The notes: generated by a model from the letters alone, not told the origin. A stretch of 64,000 nucleotides of DNA from an uncultured Gemmatimonadales bacterium (GCA_963798085.1 CAWCRS010000007.1:608001-672000), one strand, 5' to 3'. Shown: positions 52,422-63,593, counted from the first letter of the stretch. Translations and numbers: made by a program.

Positions 52422-53669
52422 ATGCGGCTCCACGATTGCTTCCATGGATGCGCTCACACGCGCGTCGGCAGCGCGCTCCTCGCACTGCTCGCCTGCGCGG
52501 CGGGCGCTGGCGCCCAACAGCCTGTTACCATCCGCGCCGGCCGGCTGCTGGACGGAAAGGGCGGCGCGCAGCGCAACGTCGTCGTCACGGTGGTCGATGG
52601 CCGCATCCAGTCGATCGCGGCCTCGAACGCGCCCGTCACCTGGGACCTGAGCAGCCTGACCCTCATGCCGGGCGGCATCGACACGCACGTGCACCTGAAC
52701 TGGCACTTCGATCCGGACGGCAAGACGCACCACCTGTCATCCCGCGAGGAATCGCAGGAGCAGGCCACGCTGTACGAGGCGCAGAACGCGTGGGTCACGC
52801 TCATGGGCGGCATCACCACCGTGCAGAGCGTGGGCTCGCCGCTGGACGGCAATGTGCGCGACTTCATTGCACGCGGCGCGATTCCCGGACCCCGCCTGCT
52901 CACCTCGCTCGGCTCGATACAGGGCGGCAGTCCGGACTCGATCCGGGCGCGCGTGCGCCGCTTCAAGGCGGACGGCGCGGATGTCATCAAGATCTTCGCC
53001 TCCGCCAGCATCCGCAATGGCGGCGCGGCCACGCTGACACAGGAGCAGCTCAATGCTGCCTGCGGCGAAGCGAAAGCGCAGGGACTGCGCGCCGTGGTGC
53101 ACGCGCACGGCCCGGAAAGCGCGCAGCGCGCCACGCTGGCCGGCTGCACATCCATCGAGCACGGCGTGCTGCTGGATGATGCCACCCTCGACATGATGGC
53201 GCAGCACCACATGATCTACGATCCCAACATCGGGCTGGTGCTGCAGAACTATCTCGAGAACCGCGCGCACTACGAGGGCATTGGCAATTACAACGAGGAA
53301 GGTTTCCGCTATATGCAGCAGGCCATTCCCACCGCACTGGACGTCTTCAGGAAAGCGCTCAAGCGCAAGGACCTGCGCATCGTGTTCGGCACTGATGCAG
53401 TGGCCGGCGCGCACGGCCGCAACTTCGAGGAGATCATCTACCGCGTGCAGAAGGGCGGGCAGCCGGCCATGGATGCCATTGTGTCCGCCACATCGGTTTC
53501 GGCCGAGTCACTGGGTCTCGAGAAGGAAATCGGCAGCCTCGCACCCGGCATGCAGGCGGACATCATCGGCCTCGAGGGTGATCCCTCCGCCGACATCACC
53601 GCGCTGCGCCGCGTGCGCTTCGTGATGAAGGGTGGCACTGTCTACCGGAGCGGGCCGCTGCCCCGCTAG
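52422..53669 (+). CDS. Exported metal-dependent amidohydrolase
   Basis: LMPGGIDTHVH, GADVIK, VHAHG, SIEHG, FGTDA, GSLAPGMQADII. Confidence 0.9.
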   Translation: MRLHDCFHGCAHTRVGSALLALLACAAGAGAQQPVTIRAGRLLDGKGGAQRNVVVTVVDGRIQSIAASNAPVTWDLSSLTLMPGGIDTHVHLNWHFDPDGKTHHLSSREESQEQATLYEAQNAWVTLMGGITTVQSVGSPLDGNVRDFIARGAIPGPRLLTSLGSIQGGSPDSIRARVRRFKADGADVIKIFASASIRNGGAATLTQEQLNAACGEAKAQGLRAVVHAHGPESAQRATLAGCTSIEHGVLLDDATLDMMAQHHMIYDPNIGLVLQNYLENRAHYEGIGNYNEEGFRYMQQAIPTALDVFRKALKRKDLRIVFGTDAVAGAHGRNFEEIIYRVQKGGQPAMDAIVSATSVSAESLGLEKEIGSLAPGMQADIIGLEGDPSADITALRRVRFVMKGGTVYRSGPLPR

Positions 53670-53711
53670 CCGACCGCACCTGACACGGTATTACAGCGCG
53701 GAGGCGCTCCT

Positions 53712-54299
53712 CTGACGATCAACCGCCGCCGTTTCGTGCAGGGCGCGCTGTCGCTTCCCATCGTGGCGCTGCCCGCCTGTGCCCCGGAACCCGCCGCCAG
53801 TGCGGCGGGCGAGTACGGGTTGCCGACCGCGCTGCTGCGCGCCCTCGCCGAAGCCGTATTGCCATCCGGGCTGGGCGACGCGGGCCGCGAGCGCGCCGTG
53901 GCTGCCTTCGAGGCGTGGCTTGCCGGGTACCGGCCTGTCACGGAACGCGACCACGGGTACGGCACGGGCGAGATCACGTACACGGGTGCGCACCCGGCGC
54001 CGGGCTGGAAGTCGCAGCTGGAGGCGCTCGATCTCGAGTCGAGGCAGCGCTATGGTCGCGACTTCGGCTCGCTCGACCTGGAGTTGCGCCGTCGCCTCGT
54101 GGGCGCACAGCTGCGCCGCGAGCGCGGGCCTCTGCCCGATCCCGCTGATGCGACCCCCGTCGCGCTCGGCCTCATTGCCCACTGGTGCGCGTCCAGCGAA
54201 GCAACAGACCTGTGCTACGGCGTGGCCATTGGCCGGGAGACCTGCCGCCCGCTGGAACGCGCGCCTGACCTGCCCGCGCCGCCGGGCCGGGGGACCTGA
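53712..54299 (+). CDS. Tat-exported small subunit of GMC dehydrogenase (gluconate 2-DH subunit 3-like; apparent CTG start)
   Basis: INRRRFVQG twin-arginine motif upstream of ORF-track start; LRALAEAVLP; directly precedes GMC gene. Confidence 0.7.
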   Translation: MTINRRRFVQGALSLPIVALPACAPEPAASAAGEYGLPTALLRALAEAVLPSGLGDAGRERAVAAFEAWLAGYRPVTERDHGYGTGEITYTGAHPAPGWKSQLEALDLESRQRYGRDFGSLDLELRRRLVGAQLRRERGPLPDPADATPVALGLIAHWCASSEATDLCYGVAIGRETCRPLERAPDLPAPPGRGT

Positions 54300-54301
54300 G
54301 C

Positions 54302-55900
54302 GTGCGCCGCGTCATCGAGAGTGACGTCTGCATCATCGGCTCCGGCATCACCGGCGCCATGGTGGCGGCGAAGCTGGCCGGCGAGCGCAACGCGTCCATC
54401 GTCGTGGTCGAGGCAGGAAACCATGCGGCCGCGCCCGAACGGCGCGCGGAAGAGCGCCGTCGCTTTCTGCAGTATGGCGAGAATCCCTGGCCCGACGATC
54501 ACGTGGAGAGTCAGTCGGCGGACGGCATCCAGTCCCGCTCCATGCAGGTGGGCGGCATGGCCATGCACTGGGGCGCGGTAACACCACGTTACAGCCCGGA
54601 AGACTTCCGCCTGAAGACGCTGTACGGTGTGGGCAATGACTGGCCGCTCGATTACGATCAGCTGGAGCCGTTCTACGTGGAGGCCGAGCAGCGCCTGGGT
54701 GTAGCCGGCGAAGCCGGGCCGCCCGCGCTGGATCCGCGCTCCGCACCCTATCCCATGCCGCCGCTGCCGCTCAGCTACAACCTGCGGCTGCTGCGCGAGT
54801 GGGCGCAGAAGTCGGGCATACCGTTCTGGAGCCAGCCCTCCGCCAAGAACAGCGTGGCGTACGCCGGCCGGCCTGTCTGCTGCCGCAACGACACCTGCTC
54901 GCCCATCTGCCCCATTGGCGCCAAGTATTCGCCCGACTACACGTGGCGCGAGCTGATCGCGGCCGGGCGCGTGCAACTGGTGCCGCGCACCCTCGTGCGG
55001 CGGCTCGTGCCCGCGGCGACCGGAGACCGCATTGCCGCAGCCACAGCGTCGTCGCCCGATCATCCCGATGACCGCATCGAGTTCCGCGCCCGCGTCTTCG
55101 TACTGGCGGCCGGCTACGTGTGGAGCCCGCACCTGCTGCTGCTCTCCGCAACACCGCGTTATCCGCAGGGGCTGGCCAACGGCGAGGGTCTCGTCGGGCG
55201 CTTCATGACGGGACACCGATCGGTCACCGCCTTTGTGCGCGTGCCCATGAAGCTCTACCCCGGCATCAATACGCAGCACAGCCTGGTGACGAAGAAATTC
55301 ATGCGACCGGGCCGCCTCGAGCACTACGTGCGCCACGACCTGCGCGTCTGGGAGTCGAGCGCCGGCGCCGAGGCTCGCCTGCGCGATGACTCCGGTAATC
55401 TGCTGTTGGGAGATGCCCTGCTGAACGACTGGCGGCAGCGCGCGCAGAACGGTCGCGCCCGCCTGCGCGCCTACTACGATGTGCTGCCCGATCGCAGCAG
55501 CGGCATCGAGCTGGATGCGCGCAGCCGCAACGTCTGGGGTGATGCGCTGCCGCGCATCACCCTGCGCGACTCGGATGTCTCGCGCTCGCTGCGCGGCTGG
55601 ACCGAAGACCACATCAGACAGGTGTTCCAGGGCATCGTGAAGGCCGGCGGCGGCGATGTGCTGCAGCTGTCGGCCAGCAGTTTTCAGGATCACCCGGTGG
55701 GCGGCTGCCGCATGGGCGCGAGCGCAGACAGAGGGGTCTGCGATGCGTGGGGCCGCAGCTTCCTGCACGAGAACCTTTTCGTCGTGGGCGCACCTACCGG
55801 TGTGGGCGCGAGTTGTGCCAACGGCACGCTCACGTTCTGCGCGCTCAGCCTGCACAGCGCAGCACACATCGGCGAAATGTTCCCTGCGCGCAACGCCTGA
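54302..55900 (+). CDS. GMC-family FAD oxidoreductase large subunit
   Basis: IIGSGITG, VGGMAMHW, Cys cluster CCRNDTCSPICP, DHPVGGCRMG, ANGTLT. Confidence 0.92.
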   Translation: MRRVIESDVCIIGSGITGAMVAAKLAGERNASIVVVEAGNHAAAPERRAEERRRFLQYGENPWPDDHVESQSADGIQSRSMQVGGMAMHWGAVTPRYSPEDFRLKTLYGVGNDWPLDYDQLEPFYVEAEQRLGVAGEAGPPALDPRSAPYPMPPLPLSYNLRLLREWAQKSGIPFWSQPSAKNSVAYAGRPVCCRNDTCSPICPIGAKYSPDYTWRELIAAGRVQLVPRTLVRRLVPAATGDRIAAATASSPDHPDDRIEFRARVFVLAAGYVWSPHLLLLSATPRYPQGLANGEGLVGRFMTGHRSVTAFVRVPMKLYPGINTQHSLVTKKFMRPGRLEHYVRHDLRVWESSAGAEARLRDDSGNLLLGDALLNDWRQRAQNGRARLRAYYDVLPDRSSGIELDARSRNVWGDALPRITLRDSDVSRSLRGWTEDHIRQVFQGIVKAGGGDVLQLSASSFQDHPVGGCRMGASADRGVCDAWGRSFLHENLFVVGAPTGVGASCANGTLTFCALSLHSAAHIGEMFPARNA

Positions 55901-56054
55901 TCCGCAGCGGACTCCGGCCAACGCTCGGGGCCGAGGCCGCGTCCAAGTACCAGAGAGAAGCCGGCACAAGACGCCGGCGGTGGAGCGAACCCGGACTGCC
56001 AGTCCGGCGTACAATGGCGCGTCGTCCTCGCCTGGAGCGATAACCGGAGCCTGC

Positions 56055-57933
56055 ATGAATTCAATCTGGCAACGTCTGCGCAGCAGGAAGATGGTCGAAT
56101 GGACCATCGCCTACGTGGCCGGTGCATGGGGCGTTCTTCAGCTCGCCCAATTCCTGCAGGACGCGTTCAACTGGCCGTTGGTCACGCTGCGCGTTCTGAC
56201 CGTGGTCGTCGCATTCGGATTCCTCGCGGCCGTCATCGTGGCGTGGTACCACGGCGAGAAAGGGCACCAGAGCATGCCCGCCCGCGAGTGGGCGCTGCTG
56301 CTCACCATCGGCATGGCCACGGTGGGCATCTCATGGTACGTCGCCATGATCACTCCGGCCGCGGCCGAACCGGTGGCCGGAGGCGCGCCACCCGCTCAGT
56401 CGGACAGCACGGATCTGCGCCTGGCACTGCTCGACCCGGCCATGGCCGCCGCATCCGTGGCCGTGCTGCCCTTCACCAACATGACGCCGGACTCGCAGAA
56501 CGACTACATCACGGAGGGCATCACCGAGGATATCATCGCGCAGCTCGGTCAGATTCGCGGACTGCGCGTGATCAGCCGCACCTCGGTGATGCGCTACAAG
56601 AACACGGACAAGGACATCCCGCAGATCGCGCGTGAACTGGGTGTGGGCGCGGTGCTGGAAGGCAGCGTGCGCGTGCAGGGCGATCACGTGCGCATCGTCG
56701 CCACCCTCATTGATCCCGCTACGGACGCGCACATCTGGTCGGATACGTACGACAAGGACATCAAGGACATGCTCGCCGTGCAGGCGGAAGTGTCCAGAGC
56801 CATCGCCCGGGCGCTCAACTCGCGGCTGGCGCCCACTGCGGTGGCATCTTCCGAAGAGCTGAAACCCAGCGATGCCGAGGCGTACCGGCTCTACCTCAAG
56901 GGCAAGCAACTGGCCAATTCCACGGTCGAGACGGACCACGCGAAGGCGATCGTGTACCTCGACTCGGCGCTGCGTCGCGATCCCAACCTGACGCCGGCCG
57001 TCACCGCGCTGCTCAACCTGCAGACGCCCGTGAGCCCGCTGGACGCCGCTACACCGCTGGCGCCGCCGCCGGAGGCGACACGCGCGATCGATGCGGCGAC
57101 GCAAGACGGCGGAAACGAATCCGGGTTTCGCGGAAGCCCGCAATTCCATCGCCTTCCTGCGCGCCTGGCGAGGGCGCGACATGGCGGGCGCGGAACAGGC
57201 GGCACGCAGTCAGGTGGAGGCCAATCCGAACTCGGCAGGCGCCCGCGTGCGCTACGCACAGATCCTTTACTCGAACGGCCACGTCGACCGCGCGCTGCGC
57301 GAAGTACAGGCCGCGGGCGTGATCGACCCGCTGTCGCCCATCGTGCAGCAGCAGTGGGGGGAGCTGGCCCTCGCGGCCGGTCAATTCGACGATGCATCGA
57401 AGCATCTGCAGCAGGCCATCATGCTCGATTCCGCGAACGCCGGCCTGCACGTCACCCTGGCCATGACCTACAAGGAGCAGGGCCGGACGGCAGATGCTAA
57501 CACCGAGTTAAAGAAGGCCACGGGCTTCGCTGACGCAGATCCGCGGGCCCTGGGCATGGTCGGTTTCGCCTGGGGCCAGACCGGCCAGCAGTCGGAGGCG
57601 CTGAAGATCGTCGACCAGCTCAGGCAGGGCGCGGAGACGAACAAGGCCATTGCCAACACCATTGCGCAGATCTACATGAGCGTGGGCAACGCCGAGGAGG
57701 CCTCGGCCTGGCTGAAGAAGAACCCCGACGGCACGGAGCGGCGAGGCGTCATTGCGTTCCAGTCACCGCGCTGGCATCAGGCCATCGAGCACATGCGCGC
57801 GGATCCGCGCATCAAGCCCCTGCTGGACAGCCTGAGCATGATGCGCGTCGAAGTCCACATGCCGGGGGACTCACTGCGGCGGCGCGATCCTAACATGCGA
57901 GGTGGGCGTTCTCGTAGCGGCGCTGGCCAGTAA
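56055..57933 (+). CDS. 3-TM + TolB-like + TPR protein (frameshift near 57100)
   Basis: SVAVLPFTNM, GITEDII, VISRTSVMRYK, LEGSVR, EAYRLYLKG, IDPLSP, then TPR helices. Confidence 0.85.
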
Positions 57934-59305
57934 CCTCGCGCACCACGAAGCCCGCGAGCCATGCGGGCAGCGCCACAAACTCATCCACGGCCCGCAGCTC
58001 GACCTCCGCCAGCACCAGGTCGCGATCCAGAAACCGGTCCACCTCCCACACGTGCTCGCCATCGCGGAACGAATAGCGCCGCTTGGCGACTCGCCTTCCG
58101 CGTGTGAGCCGCCACAACGAGCGGAACAGCGCCTCGTCGATCTCCTCCTCGATTTCGAGCCGCGCCAGGCCGTGACCCGCCTTGAGTGTGCGGAACCAGC
58201 GCGATCCGGCGGGCCCGCGGATCCGGCGCACGCGCTCCACCAGCCGTTCGCCCGGCAGCCAGCCCTGATCGATGCGCACGGCGCTGCGACCCTTGCGCCG
58301 TCTCGGCAGCCCGCGCAACAGGAACTTGCGCTCGATCTCGTACTGCCGTGGCGGCGCCACTGCGGCGAGCCGATCGGCGAAGGATTCCACGTCGCCGAAA
58401 ACGCCGCCACCCGTGCCGTCGAGCCACTGCCCGCGTGCCGCGGCGAACTGCTCCTCGCGCTCCAGCCGGAGCTGCGCGTCCAGCGCCTCCAGCTCGAGCA
58501 TTGCCGGGGCGTCAGTCGCGAACGAGGGCGCCAGCTCCATGAGCCTGCCCAGCAGCACATCGGTGTCGTGGAGATCGCCGAATGCATCCTGCAGCGCTTT
58601 CAGTCGCTGGATGGCGCTGCGCCCATCGGTCAGATCATCACGGAACGGCTCGAGCAGATAGCGCAGTCGCTTGCCCGCAATGCGCGCCGCGTGAATCCGC
58701 TCGCGGTCCGCACTCGCGAGCACGGCGTCGAGGCTGGCGCGCAGCTCGGAGAGCAGCGCGAGAGCGTGGGCCGCGGCCACCGCGGCGCAGGCCACGAAGG
58801 CGAGCGGGCTGCGAACATCAATGTCAGCAGTGTAGTGCAGCAGGTGCGCACGCAGGCGGTGCTCGGCTTCGGGAAAGCGGTGCACGGCGCGCAGCGCCGC
58901 ATGGTCGGCCGCGCGGCGCTGGTTCTGCAGCGCCGCGGCCAGCCGAAGCGCGCCCGGCAGCACAGCGGGCGGCAGCGCAGCGCGCCGCAGTCTGGCCAGC
59001 TGCACCTCGAGATCACGCGCCGCGCTGGTGCCGCGCGCCAGATCACGCAGCCGGCGCCGGTCGCCCGGCGTGAGCGTGTCGCCCAGCCACGACGCCCAGG
59101 CGCGGGCGTCGCTGCGCAGGCGTCGCAGCGCGACGCGGAAATCGTGCAGCGCTTCCATGTCCTGGCCGGCGAGGATGCGCTCGCGCGCGGCCGCCGCATC
59201 GTCGAGATGGCGCAGCGCCAGCAGGCGAGCGCCAATGCGCACGGGCAGCCCGGCAATGGACGAAAACTCGGCGTCACTCACGGAACCGGACCGGATCTCC
59301 GACAC
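57890..59305 (-). CDS. CHAD + CYTH domain protein
   Basis: EALHDFRVALRRLRS, HAARIAGKRLRYLLE, LQDAFGDLHD; CYTH YEIERKFL, WEVDRF, LAEVEL. Confidence 0.9.
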   Translation of the reverse strand: MSEIRSGSVSDAEFSSIAGLPVRIGARLLALRHLDDAAAARERILAGQDMEALHDFRVALRRLRSDARAWASWLGDTLTPGDRRRLRDLARGTSAARDLEVQLARLRRAALPPAVLPGALRLAAALQNQRRAADHAALRAVHRFPEAEHRLRAHLLHYTADIDVRSPLAFVACAAVAAAHALALLSELRASLDAVLASADRERIHAARIAGKRLRYLLEPFRDDLTDGRSAIQRLKALQDAFGDLHDTDVLLGRLMELAPSFATDAPAMLELEALDAQLRLEREEQFAAARGQWLDGTGGGVFGDVESFADRLAAVAPPRQYEIERKFLLRGLPRRRKGRSAVRIDQGWLPGERLVERVRRIRGPAGSRWFRTLKAGHGLARLEIEEEIDEALFRSLWRLTRGRRVAKRRYSFRDGEHVWEVDRFLDRDLVLAEVELRAVDEFVALPAWLAGFVVREVTGQRRYENAHLAC

Positions 59306-59523
59306 CCGCCAGCAGGCTTTCTCCGATCCCGGCCGCGCGTGGCGGGAGGCAGCGCCCGGCCGATCGCATACCCCGTTGCAGGGGTATCACCGCGAACTTG
59401 TCAGCCGCGCGTTAGCCACGGCAAGACGAAGACGCTGGAATCGCAGACAATGTGCCGATACATTGATGGACAGGCGAGCGTCAGTGCAGGAAGCACGCGG
59501 CGCTCGCGACTCGCGGGATGGTG

Positions 59524-61637
59524 ATGCAGTTCTCCTCCAGGATCCATCAATCCAGATCGCAGCGCCTCCGTCGCGGCACGGGCGCGCGCGGGATCATTAT
59601 CGCCCTCTGCGCATTCCTCGGAATCTCTCTGTACCGGCTGCAGATCGCGGGCGGTGAGTCATTCGCGCTGCAGGCGCGCCAGAATCGAATGCGACCGGTG
59701 GTGGTCCGCGCTCCACGCGGCACCATCTACGATCGCCACGGCCGCATTGTCGCGGAAAACATTGTCGGCTATCAGGTGCTGCTCATGCCTGCGTCCATGG
59801 ATACACTGCGCGCGCAGGTGGGCAGGCTCAGTGGCGTGCTGGGCCTCGACAGTGCCGACGTCGAGGCTGCGTTCAAGCGCTACCGGCGTGCACCGCATCT
59901 GCCCATGGAGGTCATGCGCGACGCGCCGCCCGAGGCTGTGGCCCGCCTCGAAGAGCGGCGCTTCGAGTTCCCTGAGGCGCTCGTCCAGGAGTACCCCAAA
60001 CGCCGCTACCCGGCCGGTCCGGCCATCGCCCATTTCATTGGCTACGTCTCGGAAATCGGGGAAGCCGATCTCACCCGACCGCAATACGAGGGCTACGAAC
60101 CAGGCCGCTGGATCGGCAAGGCCGGCCTGGAAGCGCAGTATGAAAAACGCCTCGGCGGCGAACCCGGCGTACGCCAGCTCGAGATCGATGCACGCGGCCG
60201 CATCAAGCAGTGGCTGCCCCCCGAGCTGGGCCGCCCCGCCGTGCCCGGCCAGGACCTGCAGCTGTACCTCGACCTCGATCTGCAGGAGTTCGTCGCCCAC
60301 GTCTTTCCCAAGGATTTCACCGGCGCGTTCATTGCCCTCGATCCCAAGACGGGCGGCATCCTGGCGTACTACAGCAATCCGACCTTCGACCCCAATGACT
60401 TCATTGGCGGCGTCGACGCGGATCTTGTGGAAGCAGCTGAACGACGATCCCAGGAAGCCGCTGCTCGATCGCGCCGGCGGCTCGGGACAGCCGGCGGCTT
60501 CAACGTGGAAGCTGGCGGTCGCCGCAATGGCGCTGGACCAGGGCGCAATCAAGCCCGACGAGTACATGCCGATCGCCTGCACGGGGGGCATGAGCTACGG
60601 TGGCCGCTACTGGCACTGCCATTCTCGCTTCGGGTCACGGCAAGCAGAACCTGATCGAAGGCATCAAGAACTCCTGCAACGTCTACTTCTATCAGGTGGG
60701 TCTGCGCATCGGACTGGACCGGTTCCTGAAGACCGGCACACGACTGGGCTTCGGCAAGCGCACGGGCGTCGACATCCCGAGCGAGATCGACCCGAATTTC
60801 CCCGAGGACCGCAGCTACTGGACGAAGAAGAAGGGCTACGCGGCACAGGAAGGCGAAGTGCTGTCCATGGCCATTGGCCAGGGTCCGATCACGATGACCG
60901 CGCTCAAGCTGGCGCAGATCTACACGGCACTGGTTCGACCCGACGGTCGCGTTCCGGCACCGCGTTTTGCCATGGATGCCGGACCGCCCGCGGACACGTT
61001 CCACCTGAACCTCGAACCGCGCAATGTGTGGTTCCTCGAGGCCGGCATGCGCCGCGCCCTGGGACCGGGCGGCACTGCCGCGCTGAGCCGGCTCCAGAAC
61101 TGGGCGCTGATCGGCAAGACCGGAACCGCACAGAATCCACCGCACAAGGCGCACGGCTGGTTCGTGGGCATGGGTGGACCCAAGGACGGCGAACCGGAAA
61201 TCGCCGCGGTCATGTTCATGGAATTCGCCGAGCACGGCGCGCTCGCCTCCGGCTATGTAGCCGAGGCCATCAACTTCTACCTCAATCGCAAGTACGGACG
61301 TCCGTTCGATGGCTGGGCCACGCCACGCTTCCGCATGGCGAAGGGTCTGCCCGTCAACTGGAATTTCTCTTCGCCCATCATCGACCCGCCCATGCCCGCC
61401 GAGACCATCGTCAATGCGCAGGCGCCGCCGCCGGACAGCCTGAGGAGCGCCGTGGCGGCGGTGGACAGCACAAAGCCGCTGGTGGGCCAGGAAGAGGGAC
61501 CAACGCCACCGCCCGATTCCATCATACGACCGGCCGGCGCAGCGCGGGGACCGGTGCACGCGCCAGCCTCGCCGGACTCGGCGTCCCGCGCAGGCAGCGC
61601 GCGCACGCGTCCGGGCAACCGTCCGCGCGGCAACTGA
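59524..61637 (+). CDS. mrdA: Class B penicillin-binding protein 2 (frameshifts near 60425 and 60640)
   Basis: APRGTIYDRHG, RRYP, GKAGLEAQYE; catalytic STWK, SCN, KTGT. Confidence 0.88.
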
Positions 61638-61656
61638 CCCATCGTACGGCGCACGC

Positions 61657-62754
61657 GTGACGCATCCCGCGGAAGCCGATTCGCAGGAGACACCGCCCCG
61701 CGCCAGCGACACGCCGCCACTGCGCAGTGCGCTGGTCGTACGCTTCGGCCGCATGGGCGACGTGCTCGTGCTGACACCGGTGTTACGCGCACTGCGGCAG
61801 GCTCTGCCCGGTGCCCGCATCAATGTGCTGACCACTCCCGCCGGCCGATCCGTCCTGCGCGGCAGCACGCGGGTCGACCAGGTGCACGTACTCACGTGGC
61901 GACGCGTGCCGGCGTTCATCAATCCGGAGCGTGCACGACTGCTGCGCGAGCTGCGCACGGCGCAGTACGACGCCGTGTTCCTGCTGGAGACCGGCCAGCA
62001 CTATCACACGCTGGTGCAGGCACTTGGCGTGGAGCGCGTCTACAGCTTCGCGCGTGACGGAGAGCGACCGGGACCGCTGCGCGCCCGGCGCGCCGACCGG
62101 CACGAGTTGCAGAACCAGCTGGCTGTCGTGGCGCTCGCCGGTGTTGCGCCGGCCGGTCCGCACTACGAATTCGCCGTCTCCAGGGGCGCACACGACCGCG
62201 CGCTGGCCCTGCTTTCCAAACACGGTGTCAGGGAAGGGCGGCCGCTGGCGGGGATCCACGCCGGCCATTTCCAGCGGCGGCGGTTGCGTCAGGCGCCGCA
62301 CGCGAAGAGCTGGCCCGCGGACCGCTGGACGGCTCTCGCGCGAAGCCTGCACGACACGCTGGGGTTCACTGTCCTGCTCACCGGATCGCAGGGCGAAGCC
62401 GCGCTCAATCGGCGCATCATGGCGGAACTGCCCGACGGCATCGCCATTGATCTGGCCGGCGCAACCGATCTGGAAACGCTGGGCGCCATCCTCCAGCGCT
62501 GCGACGTCTTCATTGCCCCCGATACCGGCCCCGCACACCTCGCCGCCGCCGTGGACACACCTCTCGTGGCTCTGTTCGGGCCCAAACCTCCGCACATCAT
62601 GGGGCCACTGGGCGACGAAGCGCGCATCGCCCGGCTCCATCCGCCGGCTTCCGCGGTCCCGGTCGCGCAACGTCATGGCCATCACGCCCGCATGTGGGCC
62701 ATTGGTGTGGACGATGTCATGGCGGCGGTGCGCCAGGTGCTGTCCGCTCCCTGA
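61657..62754 (+). CDS. Glycosyltransferase family 9 (heptosyltransferase-like)
   Basis: RMGDVLVLTP, KSWP, DTGPAHLAAA, ALFGP. Confidence 0.9.
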   Translation: MTHPAEADSQETPPRASDTPPLRSALVVRFGRMGDVLVLTPVLRALRQALPGARINVLTTPAGRSVLRGSTRVDQVHVLTWRRVPAFINPERARLLRELRTAQYDAVFLLETGQHYHTLVQALGVERVYSFARDGERPGPLRARRADRHELQNQLAVVALAGVAPAGPHYEFAVSRGAHDRALALLSKHGVREGRPLAGIHAGHFQRRRLRQAPHAKSWPADRWTALARSLHDTLGFTVLLTGSQGEAALNRRIMAELPDGIAIDLAGATDLETLGAILQRCDVFIAPDTGPAHLAAAVDTPLVALFGPKPPHIMGPLGDEARIARLHPPASAVPVAQRHGHHARMWAIGVDDVMAAVRQVLSAP

Positions 62755-62884
62755 TCCGCGGCGTTTCCCGGGCGACGCCCGTTCCCTCTGTTGTCTATAC
62801 TAAAATCCATTATAATGGAAGCTGGCAGTGAGGCGCGGCCCACCGCGGGTCCCGCCGCCCATGGCCACACCCGAGGTGAAGCCC

Positions 62885-63244
62885 ATGGCCCGAGCCCCCG
62901 ACATCGAAAGCATGCTGCCGCTCAAGCCGGCCGAGTTCGCCGTGCTCGTGGCGCTGGCGGAACAGGACCGCTACGGCTACGACATCGTGCAGCGCATCGC
63001 GGAGCGTACGGGCGGCAGCGTGAAGCTGGCGCCCGGCAATCTCTATCCCGTGCTGGACCGGCTCATCGGGCTGGGTCTGATCGCGGAGCGGGCGCGAATC
63101 GATCGCAGCGATGCGCGCCGTCGCTATTACGGTGTTACACCGCAGGGGCGGCAGGTGCTGGCGGCGGAGACGATGCGCACGCGCGAGCTGTTGCGCACGG
63201 CGGAACGGCTGACGCCATCGCCGGCGCGCGGGTCGGGCCGGTGA
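62885..63244 (+). CDS. PadR-family transcriptional regulator (start uncertain)
   Basis: VLVAL..YGYDI, PGNLYPVLDRL, RRRYYGVTPQGR. Confidence 0.9.
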   Translation: MARAPDIESMLPLKPAEFAVLVALAEQDRYGYDIVQRIAERTGGSVKLAPGNLYPVLDRLIGLGLIAERARIDRSDARRRYYGVTPQGRQVLAAETMRTRELLRTAERLTPSPARGSGR

Positions 63245-63277
63245 GCGCAGGCAGCGTACGTCGGCGCGGAGCGTGTG

Positions 63278-63517
63278 ATGCCGCTGCGTGAGGTTGCGTA
63301 CCGCCTGGTGCTGCGGCTGCATCCGCCGCGTTTCCGCGAAACCTACGCCGACGACATGATGCAGTGCTTCCGTGACGCGTGGGTCGCAGAGGCGGAGGGT
63401 CGGCCGCTCCGCACACGGGCGCGCGTATGCGCCCGCCTTCTGGGCGCATCCGGCGAGGCGGGCTACGCGCGTGAATCCGGTGGAGATGTTCCGGGCGCAG
63501 TAGCGAAGGACGCTTGA
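63278..63517 (+). pseudogene. Truncated N-terminus of PadR-associated permease (ADOP-type) or small protein
   Basis: YRLVLRLHPPRFRETYADDMMQCF leader typical of PadR-linked permeases; stops after about 80 aa with no TM domains. Confidence 0.5.
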
Positions 63518-63593
63518 GCGCCGGCGCCGCCGCGACGTGGAGGCGGGCGCGCAGGCGTGGTAGATTCGGGCGCCACTGCATTGACGGAGACAC

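Noticed and set aside
553..61637. Many split genes (BatA, DUF4175-like, nfo, 16-heme cytochrome, nitrilase, hydrolase, Omp85, TPR, mrdA) as pseudogenes or programmed frameshifts
   Set aside because: Single-base shifts with intact motifs on both sides, no shared slippery site, affecting unrelated and housekeeping genes; best explained by long-read indel errors
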